Shown: positions 16,933-27,022, numbered from the stretch's first letter. The stretch is 36,372 nucleotides of DNA from Candidatus Eiseniibacteriota bacterium (GCA_043809585.1 JBDROZ010000121.1:1-36372); one strand, 5' to 3'. Program-made: numbers and translations. Notes: generated from the letters alone by a model not told the origin.

Positions 16933-19770
16933 GACGAAGTGGATCGCCCGGCGCCCCGTGGCGTCCGCGATCTGGTGCCGGCAGCTGAACCCGCACGCCA
17001 CGATCCGCGCCTCTTCCGGCAGGGCCCGGAGGGCGGGGAAGAGCCGGTCCTCGCCCACGGTCATGGAAAGGTCGTAGTGCTCCTTCTCGTATCCGAAGGA
17101 GCCCGCCATTCCGCAGCAACCCGAGTCGATCTCCTCCACCGCGAGACCCGGCGCGGCGGAGAGAATCCTCTTCATCGCCGACGTGCCCCCGAGCGCCTTC
17201 TGATGGCAGTGCCCGTGGATCACGATTCTCGCCTCGGGAGAAACGAACTTCGACTCGAGCCTCCCCTCCCGGATCTCCCGGTCGAGAAACCCGTCGATGG
17301 GAAAGACGCCCCGGGAGACCCGCGCCGCGAGTTCCTCGTCGTCCATCAGGTCCGGGAGATCGTCGGCGAGGGCGGACGCGCATCCCGGTTCACAGACGAC
17401 CACCGGCATCCCCTTCCGGACGAAACGATCCAGGTTCCGGAGCGTCGTCTCCCCCTCCTGCGCCGCCTCCCGGAGAAAGCCGTGGGAAATGCGGGGGCGC
17501 TGGCAGCACCCGGCCCGGGCGAGGATCACCGAGTACCCGCACGATTCGAGGAGCTCCGTCGCGGCGACGCCGACCCGGGGCTCGTGGAAGTTCATGTACG
17601 TGTCGTCGAAGAGCACCACCGGCGGGCCCCCCTTACTCCCCTTCCTCTTCGAAAAGAGGCGGGGGAAGGACTCCCTCGCGTAGGGGGGAGGGACGCGCCG
17701 CCGATCGAAGCCGGCCGCCTTCTCGAGAATTCCGCGGAAGAGGGCGCTCCTCTGCACGGCGTTCACGAGGGGGGCCGCGAGGCCCGCCGCGATCGACGCC
17801 GCCCGGGGGGAGAGGGCGACGATCCGCTCCCGCAGGGGGGCCCCCTCCCGGTCCCATCGGGCCTGGAGTTGCTCGCTCTTCAGCCGGGCCATGTCGACGT
17901 TGCTCGGGCACTCGGCCTTGCACGCCTTGCATGAGAGGCAGAGGTCCAGGACCTCGTCGAGGCCCTCGGCGGTGAGGCCCCCCGGACCGAGACCCCCCGT
18001 GATCGCCTGGCGAAGGGCGTTCGCCCTCCCCCGGGTCGAGTGCTCCTCATCCCGGGTGGCGATGTAGCTCGGGCACATGGTCCCGGTCAGCCTCTTCCGG
18101 CAGGCGCCGACGCCGTTGCACATCTCCACGGCGGCGAGGAATCCCCCGGACGAGCGGTAGTGGAACCGGGTGGGGGGGACCACGGGGCGGTAGTGGGGCC
18201 CGTAGCGGAGGTTCTCGTCCGGACGGGGGGCGCCGACGATTTTTCCGGGGTTCATGATTCCCGCCGGATCGAAGAGGGTCTTCACCTCCCGGAACGCGGC
18301 GTACACTTCGGGACCGAAGAACTCCTCGAGGTAGGCGCTCCGGACGAGGCCATCGCCGTGCTCGCCGCTCCACGACCCGCCAAACTCGCGAACGAGCTCG
18401 AAGGCCTCCCGGGCAATCGCCCCCATCCGCCCCACGTCCTCCGGATCGTGGAGATCGAGGGCGGGCCGGATGTGGAGAACGCCGACGCTCCCGTGGCCGT
18501 AGAGGGACGCCCCGGTCCCGTGCTCCCGGCAGATCTCGAGGATGCGGCGGACGTACTCGGCGAGGCGCTCCACGGGCACGCACGCGTCTTCGATGAAAGG
18601 CACGCCCTTCCGCGCGCCGGGGATCGCCATGACGAGCCCGAGCCCGGCCCGGCGCACCTCCCACACGCGGGCCTGCTCGGCGGCGCCGAGCCGGATCGGG
18701 CAGGCGTACGCCCTCCCCCGCTCCACCGCCTCCTCGGCGAACCGCCGGGCCCGCTCCCGGGTCTCCTCTTCGTTTTCGCCCGAGAACTCGACGATCAAGA
18801 TCCCGTCCGGCTCCCCTTCGATGAAGTCGGAGATCGGCGCCGTCGCCGGGTTCGAGACCGCCTGGGCCACCACCGAGCGGTCGAGGACCTCCACCGCGGT
18901 CGGCCCGTGGAGGAGGATCCCGGGTATCGCCCGGAGGGCCTCGTCGAGGGTTCGGTAGTGGGGGACCGAGAGGGCGGTCGCCGCCGGTTTCCGCTCGAGG
19001 TTCACCTTCGCCTCGAGGAGCGTCGCGAGGGTCCCCTCGCTCCCCGCTATCAGCTTCGAGAGGTTCCATCGGTCCGTGGCGGTGAACTCGTCCAGGTTGT
19101 AGCCGGCGACGCGGCGCATCACTTTCGGAAAACGCCGGACGATCTCCTCTCGGCGGGATTCGACGATCCCCCGGAATCCGCCGAGGATCCGGCCCTCATC
19201 GCCGCCGCCGGCCGCGCGACGTCCGTACTCCGCCGGCGAAAGCTCTTCCAGAGCGAGCACGCTCCCCCCCGCGAGGGCGATCTTCATGGCGAGGACATGG
19301 TCCACTGCCTTCCCGTAACGGACGCTCCGCATGCCGGACGAGTTGTTCCCGAGGATGCCCCCGAGTGTGGCCCGGTCGGAGGTGGCCGGATCGGGGGCGT
19401 AGAAGAGGCCGTGCGGGGCGAGCCCGGCGTTCAGGTCGTCCCGGACGAGGCCGGGCTGTACCCGCGCCCACCCCCCGGCGGGGTCCACCTCGAGCACCCG
19501 GTTCATGTGCTTCGTGAAATCGAGAACGAGGGAAGGTCCCGTCACCTGGCCGCCGAGGCTCGTCCCCGCCCCCCGGGGGATCACGCTCACGGCGTGCTCG
19601 GCGGCGGCGGCGAGGGCGGCGATCACGTCCTCCTCGTCCCGGGGGACCGCCACCGCCACCGGACGGATCTCGTAGATACTCGCGTCCGTGGCATAGATGC
19701 CGCGCCGGAGCCGGTCGCCGTGCACGGCTCCCTTCATCCGTCCCCGGAGGTCTCTCACGAAGGCGTCCAT
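16867..19770 (-). CDS. FAD-binding/(Fe-S)-binding oxidoreductase (GlcD-GlcF fusion, YdiJ-like D-2-hydroxyacid dehydrogenase)
   Basis: YATDASIY, PRGAGTSLGGQ, GSEGTLA, SGEHGDG, FDPAGIMNPGKI, CNGVGAC, CLSCKACKAECP and CCG-domain motifs (CCQR, HGHCHQK, CCGMAGSFG). Confidence 0.92.
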   Translation of the reverse strand: MDAFVRDLRGRMKGAVHGDRLRRGIYATDASIYEIRPVAVAVPRDEEDVIAALAAAAEHAVSVIPRGAGTSLGGQVTGPSLVLDFTKHMNRVLEVDPAGGWARVQPGLVRDDLNAGLAPHGLFYAPDPATSDRATLGGILGNNSSGMRSVRYGKAVDHVLAMKIALAGGSVLALEELSPAEYGRRAAGGGDEGRILGGFRGIVESRREEIVRRFPKVMRRVAGYNLDEFTATDRWNLSKLIAGSEGTLATLLEAKVNLERKPAATALSVPHYRTLDEALRAIPGILLHGPTAVEVLDRSVVAQAVSNPATAPISDFIEGEPDGILIVEFSGENEEETRERARRFAEEAVERGRAYACPIRLGAAEQARVWEVRRAGLGLVMAIPGARKGVPFIEDACVPVERLAEYVRRILEICREHGTGASLYGHGSVGVLHIRPALDLHDPEDVGRMGAIAREAFELVREFGGSWSGEHGDGLVRSAYLEEFFGPEVYAAFREVKTLFDPAGIMNPGKIVGAPRPDENLRYGPHYRPVVPPTRFHYRSSGGFLAAVEMCNGVGACRKRLTGTMCPSYIATRDEEHSTRGRANALRQAITGGLGPGGLTAEGLDEVLDLCLSCKACKAECPSNVDMARLKSEQLQARWDREGAPLRERIVALSPRAASIAAGLAAPLVNAVQRSALFRGILEKAAGFDRRRVPPPYARESFPRLFSKRKGSKGGPPVVLFDDTYMNFHEPRVGVAATELLESCGYSVILARAGCCQRPRISHGFLREAAQEGETTLRNLDRFVRKGMPVVVCEPGCASALADDLPDLMDDEELAARVSRGVFPIDGFLDREIREGRLESKFVSPEARIVIHGHCHQKALGGTSAMKRILSAAPGLAVEEIDSGCCGMAGSFGYEKEHYDLSMTVGEDRLFPALRALPEEARIVACGFSCRHQIADATGRRAIHFVEVIRGEIGRRFGGPASGGMGA

Positions 19771-19776
19771 GGGCCG

Positions 19777-19785
19777 ATTGTAGCA
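19777..19785 (-). promoter_or_regulatory. Extended -10 element positioned for a leaderless transcript
   Basis: The minus strand reads TGc-TACAAT-cggccc-ATG; there is no SD. Confidence 0.55.
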
Positions 19786-19969
19786 GGTGCGGCGGCGGAG
19801 GGACGGGGGCCGGCGGGGCCCTCCGATTTGGCGTGACGGGGCGGGGGAGAGTTGTTAGCATCGCATGAAACATCGGAACCTGATGGCGGATCCCCGCTTC
19901 CGCATTCCCGGGCGTCTCCGGCCGATTGGCGCGGAGCGAGGCCGGGCGTCCGGCATCGACACAGAGCAC

Positions 19970-20440
19970 ATGGCAGCGAGCATCTCTCAACTCATCGACG
20001 AGAGCCGGGTCCTGTTGCCCCTCGCGTCCACCGCGAAGGAGGGGGTGATCGGCGAGATCACCGCCTTCCTGGTCCGCGCCGCCGGACGCGAAGATCTCGA
20101 GGGGACCATCCTCGAGGGAATCTGGGAGAGGGAACGGGAGATCTCGACCGGCATCGGCCGGGGGATCGCCATTCCTCACGCGGAGATCGGCGCCGACATC
20201 GAGACGACCGCCGTGATCGGCATCGCGCCGGGCGGCGTCGATTTCGACGCCCTCGACTCCCGTCCCGTGTCGATCGTCTTTCTGCTCGTGGTCTCCCACG
20301 GGAATCGTCAGGAACGTCTCGGCATTCTGAAGAGCCTCTCGGCGCTCTTCGGGGACGCGGAGGTGCGCCGGGCGCTCAGGAAGGCGGCGTCGGAGGCCGA
20401 GGTGGTCCGCATCATCCGCGAGAGCGAGGGGAGTGGGTAG
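19970..20440 (+). CDS. PTS EIIA type-2 domain protein (PtsN-like)
   Basis: EREREISTGIGRGIAIPHAEI carries the phospho-His; also GVDFDALDSRPVSIVFLL. The start is uncertain (ATG19970 or ATG19865). Confidence 0.85.
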   Translation: MAASISQLIDESRVLLPLASTAKEGVIGEITAFLVRAAGREDLEGTILEGIWEREREISTGIGRGIAIPHAEIGADIETTAVIGIAPGGVDFDALDSRPVSIVFLLVVSHGNRQERLGILKSLSALFGDAEVRRALRKAASEAEVVRIIRESEGSG

Positions 20441-20444
20441 GTCG

Positions 20445-21824
20445 ATGGAATACCCGATGGAGCCGTACAAGATCAAGGTGGTCGAACCGATCGCACGGAC
20501 CACCCGGGAGGAGCGGATCCGCATCATGGAGGAGGCGGGCTACAACCTGTTCAACGTGCCCGCCGAGAAGGTGACCATCGACCTCCTGACCGACTCGGGC
20601 ACGTCCGCCATGAGCGACAACCAGTGGGCCGGCATCATGATCGGCGACGAATCGTACGCCGGGAGCCGGAACTACTACCGTTTCGAGAAGACCGTCCGGA
20701 GCATCTTCGGCTTCGAGCACGTCATTCCCGCCCACCAGGGACGGGTGGCGGAGAATCTCCTTTTCACGACCCTCGTCAAGAAGGGGGACTTCGTACCGAA
20801 CAACATCCATTTCGACACGACCCGGGCGAACGTGGAGCACAACCGGGGCGTCGCCGTGGACTGCGTCATCGACGAGGGCCTGAATCCCCGGGTCGAGCAT
20901 CCCTTCAAGGGGAACATGGACCTCGGGAAGCTGGAGAACCTGATCAAGAAGGTGGGGAAGGAGAACGTCCCCCTCTGCCTGATGACGATCACCAACAACT
21001 CCGGGGGCGGCCAGCCCGTCTCGCTCGAGAACATCCGGGCCACGAAGAAGCTTCTCGAGAAGTACGGCATTCCCCTCTACTTCGATGCGTGCCGGTTCGC
21101 CGAGAACAGTTATTTCATCAAGCGCCGGGAGAAGGGGTACGCCGAGCGGGACATCCGGTCCATCGCCCGGGAAATTTTCTCCTACGGCGACGGGTGCACG
21201 ATGAGCGCCAAGAAAGACGGGCTCGTCAACATGGGCGGGTTCCTCTGCACCAACGACAACACCCTCGCCGAGACGATCACGAACCTGCTCATCCTGGTCG
21301 AGGGATTCCCCACGTACGGCGGTCTTGCCGGCCGCGATCTCGAGGCGATCGCCCGGGGGCTCGAGGAGGTGCTCTCCGAGGACTACCTCGAGTTCCGCAT
21401 CGCCCAGGTCCGGTTCCTCGGGAACTTGCTCGACCGGGCGGGGGTACCCATTCTGAAGCCCGTCGGCGGCCACGCGGTCTACCTCGACGCCCGCGCGTTC
21501 CTCCCCCACATCGCCCAGAGCCGTTTCCCGGCCCAGGCCCTCACGGTGGAGCTCTACGTCGAGGGGGGGATCCGGGGGGTCGAGATCGGGAGTCTCATGT
21601 TCGGCCACAAGGATCCGGAGACGGGACAGGACGTCTTTCCCGAGCTGGAAATGGTCCGGCTCGCCGTGCCCCGCCGGGTGTACACGACCATGCACATGCA
21701 ATACGTGGCGGAGACGATCGAGTCGATCTTCAGTCGCCGGGACGGGCTGAAGGGACTCGAGATCGTCCACGAAGCTCCCGTCCTCCGTCACTTCACGGCG
21801 AAACTGCGCCCCCTCGGGGCTTGA
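20445..21824 (+). CDS. tnaA: Tryptophanase (tryptophan indole-lyase)
   Basis: IDLLTDSGT, GDESYAGS, FDACRFAEN, PLP-Lys TMSAKKD and EGFPTYGGL. VEIGS and LRHFTA are TnaA-type rather than tyrosine phenol-lyase-type (MERG, LRFFTA). Confidence 0.88.
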   Translation: MEYPMEPYKIKVVEPIARTTREERIRIMEEAGYNLFNVPAEKVTIDLLTDSGTSAMSDNQWAGIMIGDESYAGSRNYYRFEKTVRSIFGFEHVIPAHQGRVAENLLFTTLVKKGDFVPNNIHFDTTRANVEHNRGVAVDCVIDEGLNPRVEHPFKGNMDLGKLENLIKKVGKENVPLCLMTITNNSGGGQPVSLENIRATKKLLEKYGIPLYFDACRFAENSYFIKRREKGYAERDIRSIAREIFSYGDGCTMSAKKDGLVNMGGFLCTNDNTLAETITNLLILVEGFPTYGGLAGRDLEAIARGLEEVLSEDYLEFRIAQVRFLGNLLDRAGVPILKPVGGHAVYLDARAFLPHIAQSRFPAQALTVELYVEGGIRGVEIGSLMFGHKDPETGQDVFPELEMVRLAVPRRVYTTMHMQYVAETIESIFSRRDGLKGLEIVHEAPVLRHFTAKLRPLGA

Positions 21825-21844
21825 TTCCTGAAAGGACACCGGCG

Positions 21845-23659
21845 ATGACGAGCCGTCCCATCACCCCGTTCATCCCCCATCCGGCCGCCCGGCTCGCCCT
21901 GCTCTTCTTCGTCCTGATTTCGCCTTGGATGGCGGGGGGCGCCGCGGCGCAGGAGAGTCCCTTCGCCTTCGGCGCGGAGGCGCGTCGCCTGCGGGCGGAG
22001 CCGGAACGGGGAGAGATCCGGGTCTTCATCGAGGTGCCGGCCGGCCACTACCTCTACCGCGAGGAGATCTGGGTCGAGTTCCCCGACACGTCCGCCCTCC
22101 GGGTGACGGCGATCGAATACCCGAAGGGAAAAGTAAAGTACGACAAGTTTCTCGAGAGGGAAGCGGAAATCTACGAGCACCCGGTGACGATCCGGAGTGT
22201 CTTGGAGCTCCGGCCCGGCGCCGAATTCCCCGAGGCGATGACCGTGATCGCCGGTTACCGGGGATGCACCGCCGAGTACTGCTTCTTCCCCGAGGAGCAC
22301 GAGGCGTCCCCCTCCTTCGAATGGAAGGAGACGGGGGGCGTCTCCGCGGCCGTCGAAGAGGCGGAGGAATCCGCCGCGCCCCCGCCCCGGACGGGGGCCG
22401 ACTCCTTCGACGTGGCGGCGCGGATCGCGTCCAAGGGGCTCTTCCTGACTTACCTCGGCGTCTTCTTCGCGGGGATCCTCCTCTCCTTCACGCCCTGCGT
22501 ATTCCCCATGGTGCCGATCACCCTCGCCATCATCGGCGCCCGGGGGGAGACGAAACCGGCGAGAGGGTTCACCCTCTCCCTCTCCTACGTGCTCGGCATG
22601 GCGCTCACCTACGCCACCCTCGGACTCGTGGCGGCGAGCACGGGGGCCCTCTTCGGGGCCTTTCTCCAGAACCCGATCTTCATTCTCCTGATCGCCTCGA
22701 TCTTCATCACCCTCGCGATCAGCATGTTCGGCGTCTTCGAGCTCCAGATCCCCCCGTCGATCGCCACCCGCATGCAGGGGGCGGGGGGCGGTGGGAGCTA
22801 CGTGGGCATCTTCCTCATGGGGATCGTGGCGGGGCTGATCGCGTCCCCCTGCGTCGGCCCGGTGCTCGTGGGGCTCCTCGTCTACATCGCCCAGACGGGG
22901 AACGCCCTCCTCGGTTTCACGCTCCTCTTCACCCTCGCCATGGGGATCGGCGTCATCTTCCTCGTCGTCGGCACCTCGTCGGGTATGATCGGCCGCCTGC
23001 CGGGCGCCGGCTTGTGGATGGACCGGGTGAAGCAGTTCTTCGGGTTCGTTCTTCTGCTCGGCGCGGCCTATTTCGCCCGCACCCTGATGCCCGACCGGCT
23101 CGTCACCGCCCTCTACGGGATCCTCCTGCTCTTCGGCGCCGCCGTCTTCGGCCTCTTCGATCCGATCCCGGCGGGGTCGGGCGCCTGGCGCCGGGTGGGG
23201 AAGGCCGTCGCCCTTCTCGTCGCCGTCTACGCCGTGGTGCTCTTCGCGAGCGCCGTCATTCTCCCCATGCTCCACCTGCCGGTCGCGATGGGTCCCGCGG
23301 GCCCCGCGGCGACGATCGCCTGGGGGGAGGACCACGACGAGGCCTTGGAGCGGGCCGCCGCGGAAGGGAGGCCGGTGATGATCGACTTCACCGCCGACTG
23401 GTGCGCCGCCTGCAAGGAGCTCGAGCACTACACCTACACGGATCCCTCCGTGATCGACCAGAGCCGGCGCTTCGAGATGGTGATGATCGACGCCACGCGG
23501 TCGACGGACGAGGTGAACCGATTGAGGGACCTCTACGGAGTCAGAGGGCTGCCGACGGTGGTCTTCATCGGCTCCGACGGCGAGAGGATCGAAGGCCACA
23601 CGGTGACCGGATTCGTCGAGGCGGAACCGTTCCTCCAATTGATGAAGTCCGTGGAGTAG
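21845..23659 (+). CDS. dsbD: Thiol:disulfide interchange protein DsbD
   Basis: Start at ATG21845. N-domain GHYLY and GCTAEYCF, TM domain FTPCVFPM and ASPCVGP, thioredoxin domain DFTADWCAACK. Confidence 0.92.
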   Translation: MTSRPITPFIPHPAARLALLFFVLISPWMAGGAAAQESPFAFGAEARRLRAEPERGEIRVFIEVPAGHYLYREEIWVEFPDTSALRVTAIEYPKGKVKYDKFLEREAEIYEHPVTIRSVLELRPGAEFPEAMTVIAGYRGCTAEYCFFPEEHEASPSFEWKETGGVSAAVEEAEESAAPPPRTGADSFDVAARIASKGLFLTYLGVFFAGILLSFTPCVFPMVPITLAIIGARGETKPARGFTLSLSYVLGMALTYATLGLVAASTGALFGAFLQNPIFILLIASIFITLAISMFGVFELQIPPSIATRMQGAGGGGSYVGIFLMGIVAGLIASPCVGPVLVGLLVYIAQTGNALLGFTLLFTLAMGIGVIFLVVGTSSGMIGRLPGAGLWMDRVKQFFGFVLLLGAAYFARTLMPDRLVTALYGILLLFGAAVFGLFDPIPAGSGAWRRVGKAVALLVAVYAVVLFASAVILPMLHLPVAMGPAGPAATIAWGEDHDEALERAAAEGRPVMIDFTADWCAACKELEHYTYTDPSVIDQSRRFEMVMIDATRSTDEVNRLRDLYGVRGLPTVVFIGSDGERIEGHTVTGFVEAEPFLQLMKSVE

Positions 23660-23663
23660 GGCC

Positions 23664-24968
23664 TCAGCGCGCGCTCCCTCGATCCGTATTCCCCGCCGCC
23701 CCCCGCACCACGACCGGCACAACGATCCGCCCCTCGAGGGGCGGATCGAAGCCCCGCGCGACGATCACGAGCGTCCCCTCGCCCGCCTCACCGGCGACGA
23801 AGACCCGGCTTCCGTTGTGAAAGGCGCCCAGCCGGGGGGGAATCACGGTCCCGAAGAAGAGAAGACGATCGTGGGCGATCTCGGGACCTGCGGGGAGGGA
23901 GGCGCGGAGATCGAGGGCGATGGACTCTCCGCTCCCGAGATCGATGCGGGAGGGCGTCACCGCGAGATCGAGCTCCCCGTTCTCGAGCCGGATCGAGAGG
24001 GGGGCCGACGCCCCGATCCGGAGGCCGTTCGGCGAGAGCCATTCGGCGATCAGACGGCCCCGGTAGGGGAAGGCGTTCGCGATGTCCGTGACGTTCCCCG
24101 CGAAGGAGAGCACGGTTCGGTTCCCGACGGGAGGGTGGGGGCGGAGAACGCCGGGCGGTTCGACGCGCCACTCCACGACAGGCGATGTGTCGAACGACGG
24201 TCCGACGAAACGGGCCCGGAAGGGGACGCCTTTCCCCGAGAGAACGTCGGCGGGCGCGACATCCCGGACCCAATCCCTCGGTTCGATGACGAGCTCCCCG
24301 GGGAGCTCCTCGCCGCCGATCAGGATTCTCGCGCGGCCGTGAATCACCCCTCCCCCCGACTCGGCCCGGGCGACCACCACGCCCTCCCGCCGGGTCAGCT
24401 GGCGGCTCCCCGCGTCGGCGAGCACCTCGTTGGCCGTGAACACGCCGTCCGGCGTGATCGCGCCGATCGCGTTCGGGCGGACCGTCCAGACGACGGGGAT
24501 CGACGGGTCGATCTCCTCGGCCCGAAAGCGGACGCTCTCGCCGGGGAGCACCCTCACCGTCCGGGGACGGATCCGGATCTCGGGCCCCCCCCGGGGCCTC
24601 CCCGAACCGACGAGGAGAACGGCGTGGCCCACCCGGCGCTCCTCGGTCCCGCCGACGACGGCACGGACGATCCCGCGCCCCTCCCGGGGGCCGGCGCGGA
24701 AGAGGCCGCTCCCGTCGATGTCCCCGAGAAAGCGGGGGATAACTTCCCACTCGACCTCGGCCTCCGTTCCTTCGAGGGTGAACCGGACGCTCTCTCCCGG
24801 CCCGACCGAGGCGCGACCCGGCGTCACCCGGACCGGTCCCTCCTCTGCGGCGGCGGCCGGGGGGGCGACGAGAAGGGCGACAAGGACCCACGCCGCCGAG
24901 AGCGCTCGGACGAACCGGCCCACCCGGCCTCCCCTTCGATCGGTCATCACGATTCTCTCCCGCTTCAT
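23664..24968 (-). CDS. Exported protein with repeated bacterial Ig-like (Big-2-like) domains
   Basis: Signal peptide ...AAWVLVALLVAPPAAAA. Repeats V.P..A.V.PGESVRF...V.W.V.P...G.I..DG.F.A. Start is ATG24968 or ATG24947; the upstream extension in the ORF track is spurious. Confidence 0.7.
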   Translation of the reverse strand: MKRERIVMTDRRGGRVGRFVRALSAAWVLVALLVAPPAAAAEEGPVRVTPGRASVGPGESVRFTLEGTEAEVEWEVIPRFLGDIDGSGLFRAGPREGRGIVRAVVGGTEERRVGHAVLLVGSGRPRGGPEIRIRPRTVRVLPGESVRFRAEEIDPSIPVVWTVRPNAIGAITPDGVFTANEVLADAGSRQLTRREGVVVARAESGGGVIHGRARILIGGEELPGELVIEPRDWVRDVAPADVLSGKGVPFRARFVGPSFDTSPVVEWRVEPPGVLRPHPPVGNRTVLSFAGNVTDIANAFPYRGRLIAEWLSPNGLRIGASAPLSIRLENGELDLAVTPSRIDLGSGESIALDLRASLPAGPEIAHDRLLFFGTVIPPRLGAFHNGSRVFVAGEAGEGTLVIVARGFDPPLEGRIVVPVVVRGAAGNTDRGSAR

Positions 24969-24982
24969 AGGATTCGCTCTCT

Positions 24983-27022
24983 TCAAAAACGGCGGCCCGC
25001 CAGGAGGGAGAGGAGATGCTGCGTGTATCTCTCCTCCTCCGCCGGGTCCTCCTCGTCGATACGCTCGTACTCGATCCGCCACTCGAGCCCCCCCCCCGTG
25101 ACCCCCATCTCCGCTTCGAAGGTCCACCGGGTCGGTTCGGAGACGGTAACCTCCCGCCCCGAGCCCGTCGTATCTTCCACGGTCTCGGAGGCGCTGAATC
25201 GCTCCCCTATCTTCCAGGTTACACGACCTTCGGCGAATTGACCGCTCCCGTAGGCGCTTCCGGACCAGGTCCTGGTCCGGGAGGAGGAGCGGCTCTCGCT
25301 CCCCGACCCGTTCATGGAGAGGGTGGTGGCACCCCGGCGGACGTAGAGGCCGAGGGTCCCGTACCGGCTCCGGTACGGGTCCGACTCGTAGGGGATCTCG
25401 TACGTGCGGAAGAGGAAGTACGTGTTCCCGTCGACGGTTCCCGCTTTCCAATCCACGTCCGTCCGCCCGAGAAACTGGACGATCTTCCCCCCCTCTTCGA
25501 CCTCCTGGGCCGTCTCCCGATCCTCGTACACTTCCGCCTTGAGGGACTGGCGGAGACGGGTGCCGAGGCGGATCATCCCGTCCACGATCACTCCCCGTTC
25601 CCCCCCGTCTACGGTGGGGCTCGAGAGGGTGTAGAAACCGGGCCGGTAGTCGTGGTACTCCACGCTCAGTCGATGCCGGGGCGAGCCGAGCAGGGTGAGA
25701 AGAGCCCGCCACCCCCCGGCGGATGTCGTGTCGTCCCCCTCCGTTTCGCTCCGGCCCGCCTCGACGTGGAGTCCCCCTTCCCCCAGGAAACGGACGTCGC
25801 CGCTTCCCGTGGCCACCAGGTTCTTCAAGGGCCGGAAGAAGCGGAGCGAATCGGGGATCGACGTCTCCCGCTCCCATCCATAGACGGCGTTCGCGGCGGC
25901 GGTCCACCGCTCCCGGGAGTAGGCGAGCCGCTCCCCGGCGGCGAACTGGGAGTAGGTGCCGAATCCGTCCGTCGTGTCCGAGGGGAGGGTGCGGACGAAG
26001 AAGAGGGAGCTTTCGAACCCCCGGCCCCGGGCCCCGACCCGCCCCCCCTCGCCGGAGAGCCAGGAGACGGTCATCTCCGAGAAGGAGGGGTAGATGTCTC
26101 CCGCCTCGAGGGTCAGGTGGTCGCCGCCGAGGCGGGCGGTGATCCGCGTCTCGTCGTCGTAGATCGGGTCCCGGGCGGCGGAGAAGTAGACGGAACGGCC
26201 CGACCAGTCGCCGTAGGCGTACAGATCGAAGAGGAGGGAGGAGGTCTCGTCGTAAGGGAGGTAGGGTTCCCCCCGGAGGTTCGCGCTCGAGACGCGCGCG
26301 TACCCCGCCTCGATCTTCCCGGAGAGGGAGAGGTCGATGGGCCGTTCCCCTTCGTCGCGGAAGAAGAAGCTCCAGCGGCGTTCGCCCGCGCCGCCGTCGG
26401 CGCCGAGGAGGACCACCGCCGCTTCGTGGGCGCCGGGCCGGAGGGCTCCGCCGGGACGGTAGAGAAGGTAGTCGGGCGTGATCTCCAGGGGCTCCGCGAC
26501 GGTTTCTCCGTCGAGGGAGAGGAAGACCGAGTCGCCGGCGAGGAGGGGGGGGTCGAAGAGAACGGAGATCATCATCTCGTCCATGGAAGCGACGATTCGG
26601 TCCTCCTCGGGGGCGAGAACGACGATCCGGTCCGCGGCCCCTTCGGCCATCACCCGCACCCGGTGGGGGGAGCCTTCGGCGTCCCGGTAGGGGCTCGTGA
26701 TCTCCTCGCCGGCCCCGGTCCGGACCCGGATGAAATACTGAAAGCCGGGAGGAGAAGCGAGGGATCGGGGAACCGCCGCGCGGAAGACGCCCTTTCGTTC
26801 GTCCGCGGCGACCGCCGTGAACACCGCCTCGGCGCTTTTCCGGAAGAGAACCTCCGCGGATACCGCCTTCTCCTCTCCGAGCACGGTAAAGAGGATCTCC
26901 GTTTCAGAGCCGGCCGTGACGGGACCGGGGGGTGCGTGGACCACGCGGGTGCCCTCGGCGGCGGCGGAACGTACGGACAGGGCGAGAAGGAAGACGATGA
27001 TCGGGGTGATTCGCCGGGACAC
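24983..27022 (-). CDS. Exported protein with N-terminal Ig-like domains and a probable C-terminal outer-membrane beta-barrel
   Basis: GTG27022 with SD AAGGGAG and a signal peptide. The C-terminal ~450 aa show alternating amphipathic strands and end in Phe (LSLLAGRRF). Confidence 0.65.
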   Translation of the reverse strand: MSRRITPIIVFLLALSVRSAAAEGTRVVHAPPGPVTAGSETEILFTVLGEEKAVSAEVLFRKSAEAVFTAVAADERKGVFRAAVPRSLASPPGFQYFIRVRTGAGEEITSPYRDAEGSPHRVRVMAEGAADRIVVLAPEEDRIVASMDEMMISVLFDPPLLAGDSVFLSLDGETVAEPLEITPDYLLYRPGGALRPGAHEAAVVLLGADGGAGERRWSFFFRDEGERPIDLSLSGKIEAGYARVSSANLRGEPYLPYDETSSLLFDLYAYGDWSGRSVYFSAARDPIYDDETRITARLGGDHLTLEAGDIYPSFSEMTVSWLSGEGGRVGARGRGFESSLFFVRTLPSDTTDGFGTYSQFAAGERLAYSRERWTAAANAVYGWERETSIPDSLRFFRPLKNLVATGSGDVRFLGEGGLHVEAGRSETEGDDTTSAGGWRALLTLLGSPRHRLSVEYHDYRPGFYTLSSPTVDGGERGVIVDGMIRLGTRLRQSLKAEVYEDRETAQEVEEGGKIVQFLGRTDVDWKAGTVDGNTYFLFRTYEIPYESDPYRSRYGTLGLYVRRGATTLSMNGSGSESRSSSRTRTWSGSAYGSGQFAEGRVTWKIGERFSASETVEDTTGSGREVTVSEPTRWTFEAEMGVTGGGLEWRIEYERIDEEDPAEEERYTQHLLSLLAGRRF

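Noticed and set aside
20445-21824. Tyrosine phenol-lyase assignment
   Set aside because: The diagnostic residues are tryptophanase-type (VEIGS, LRHFTA).
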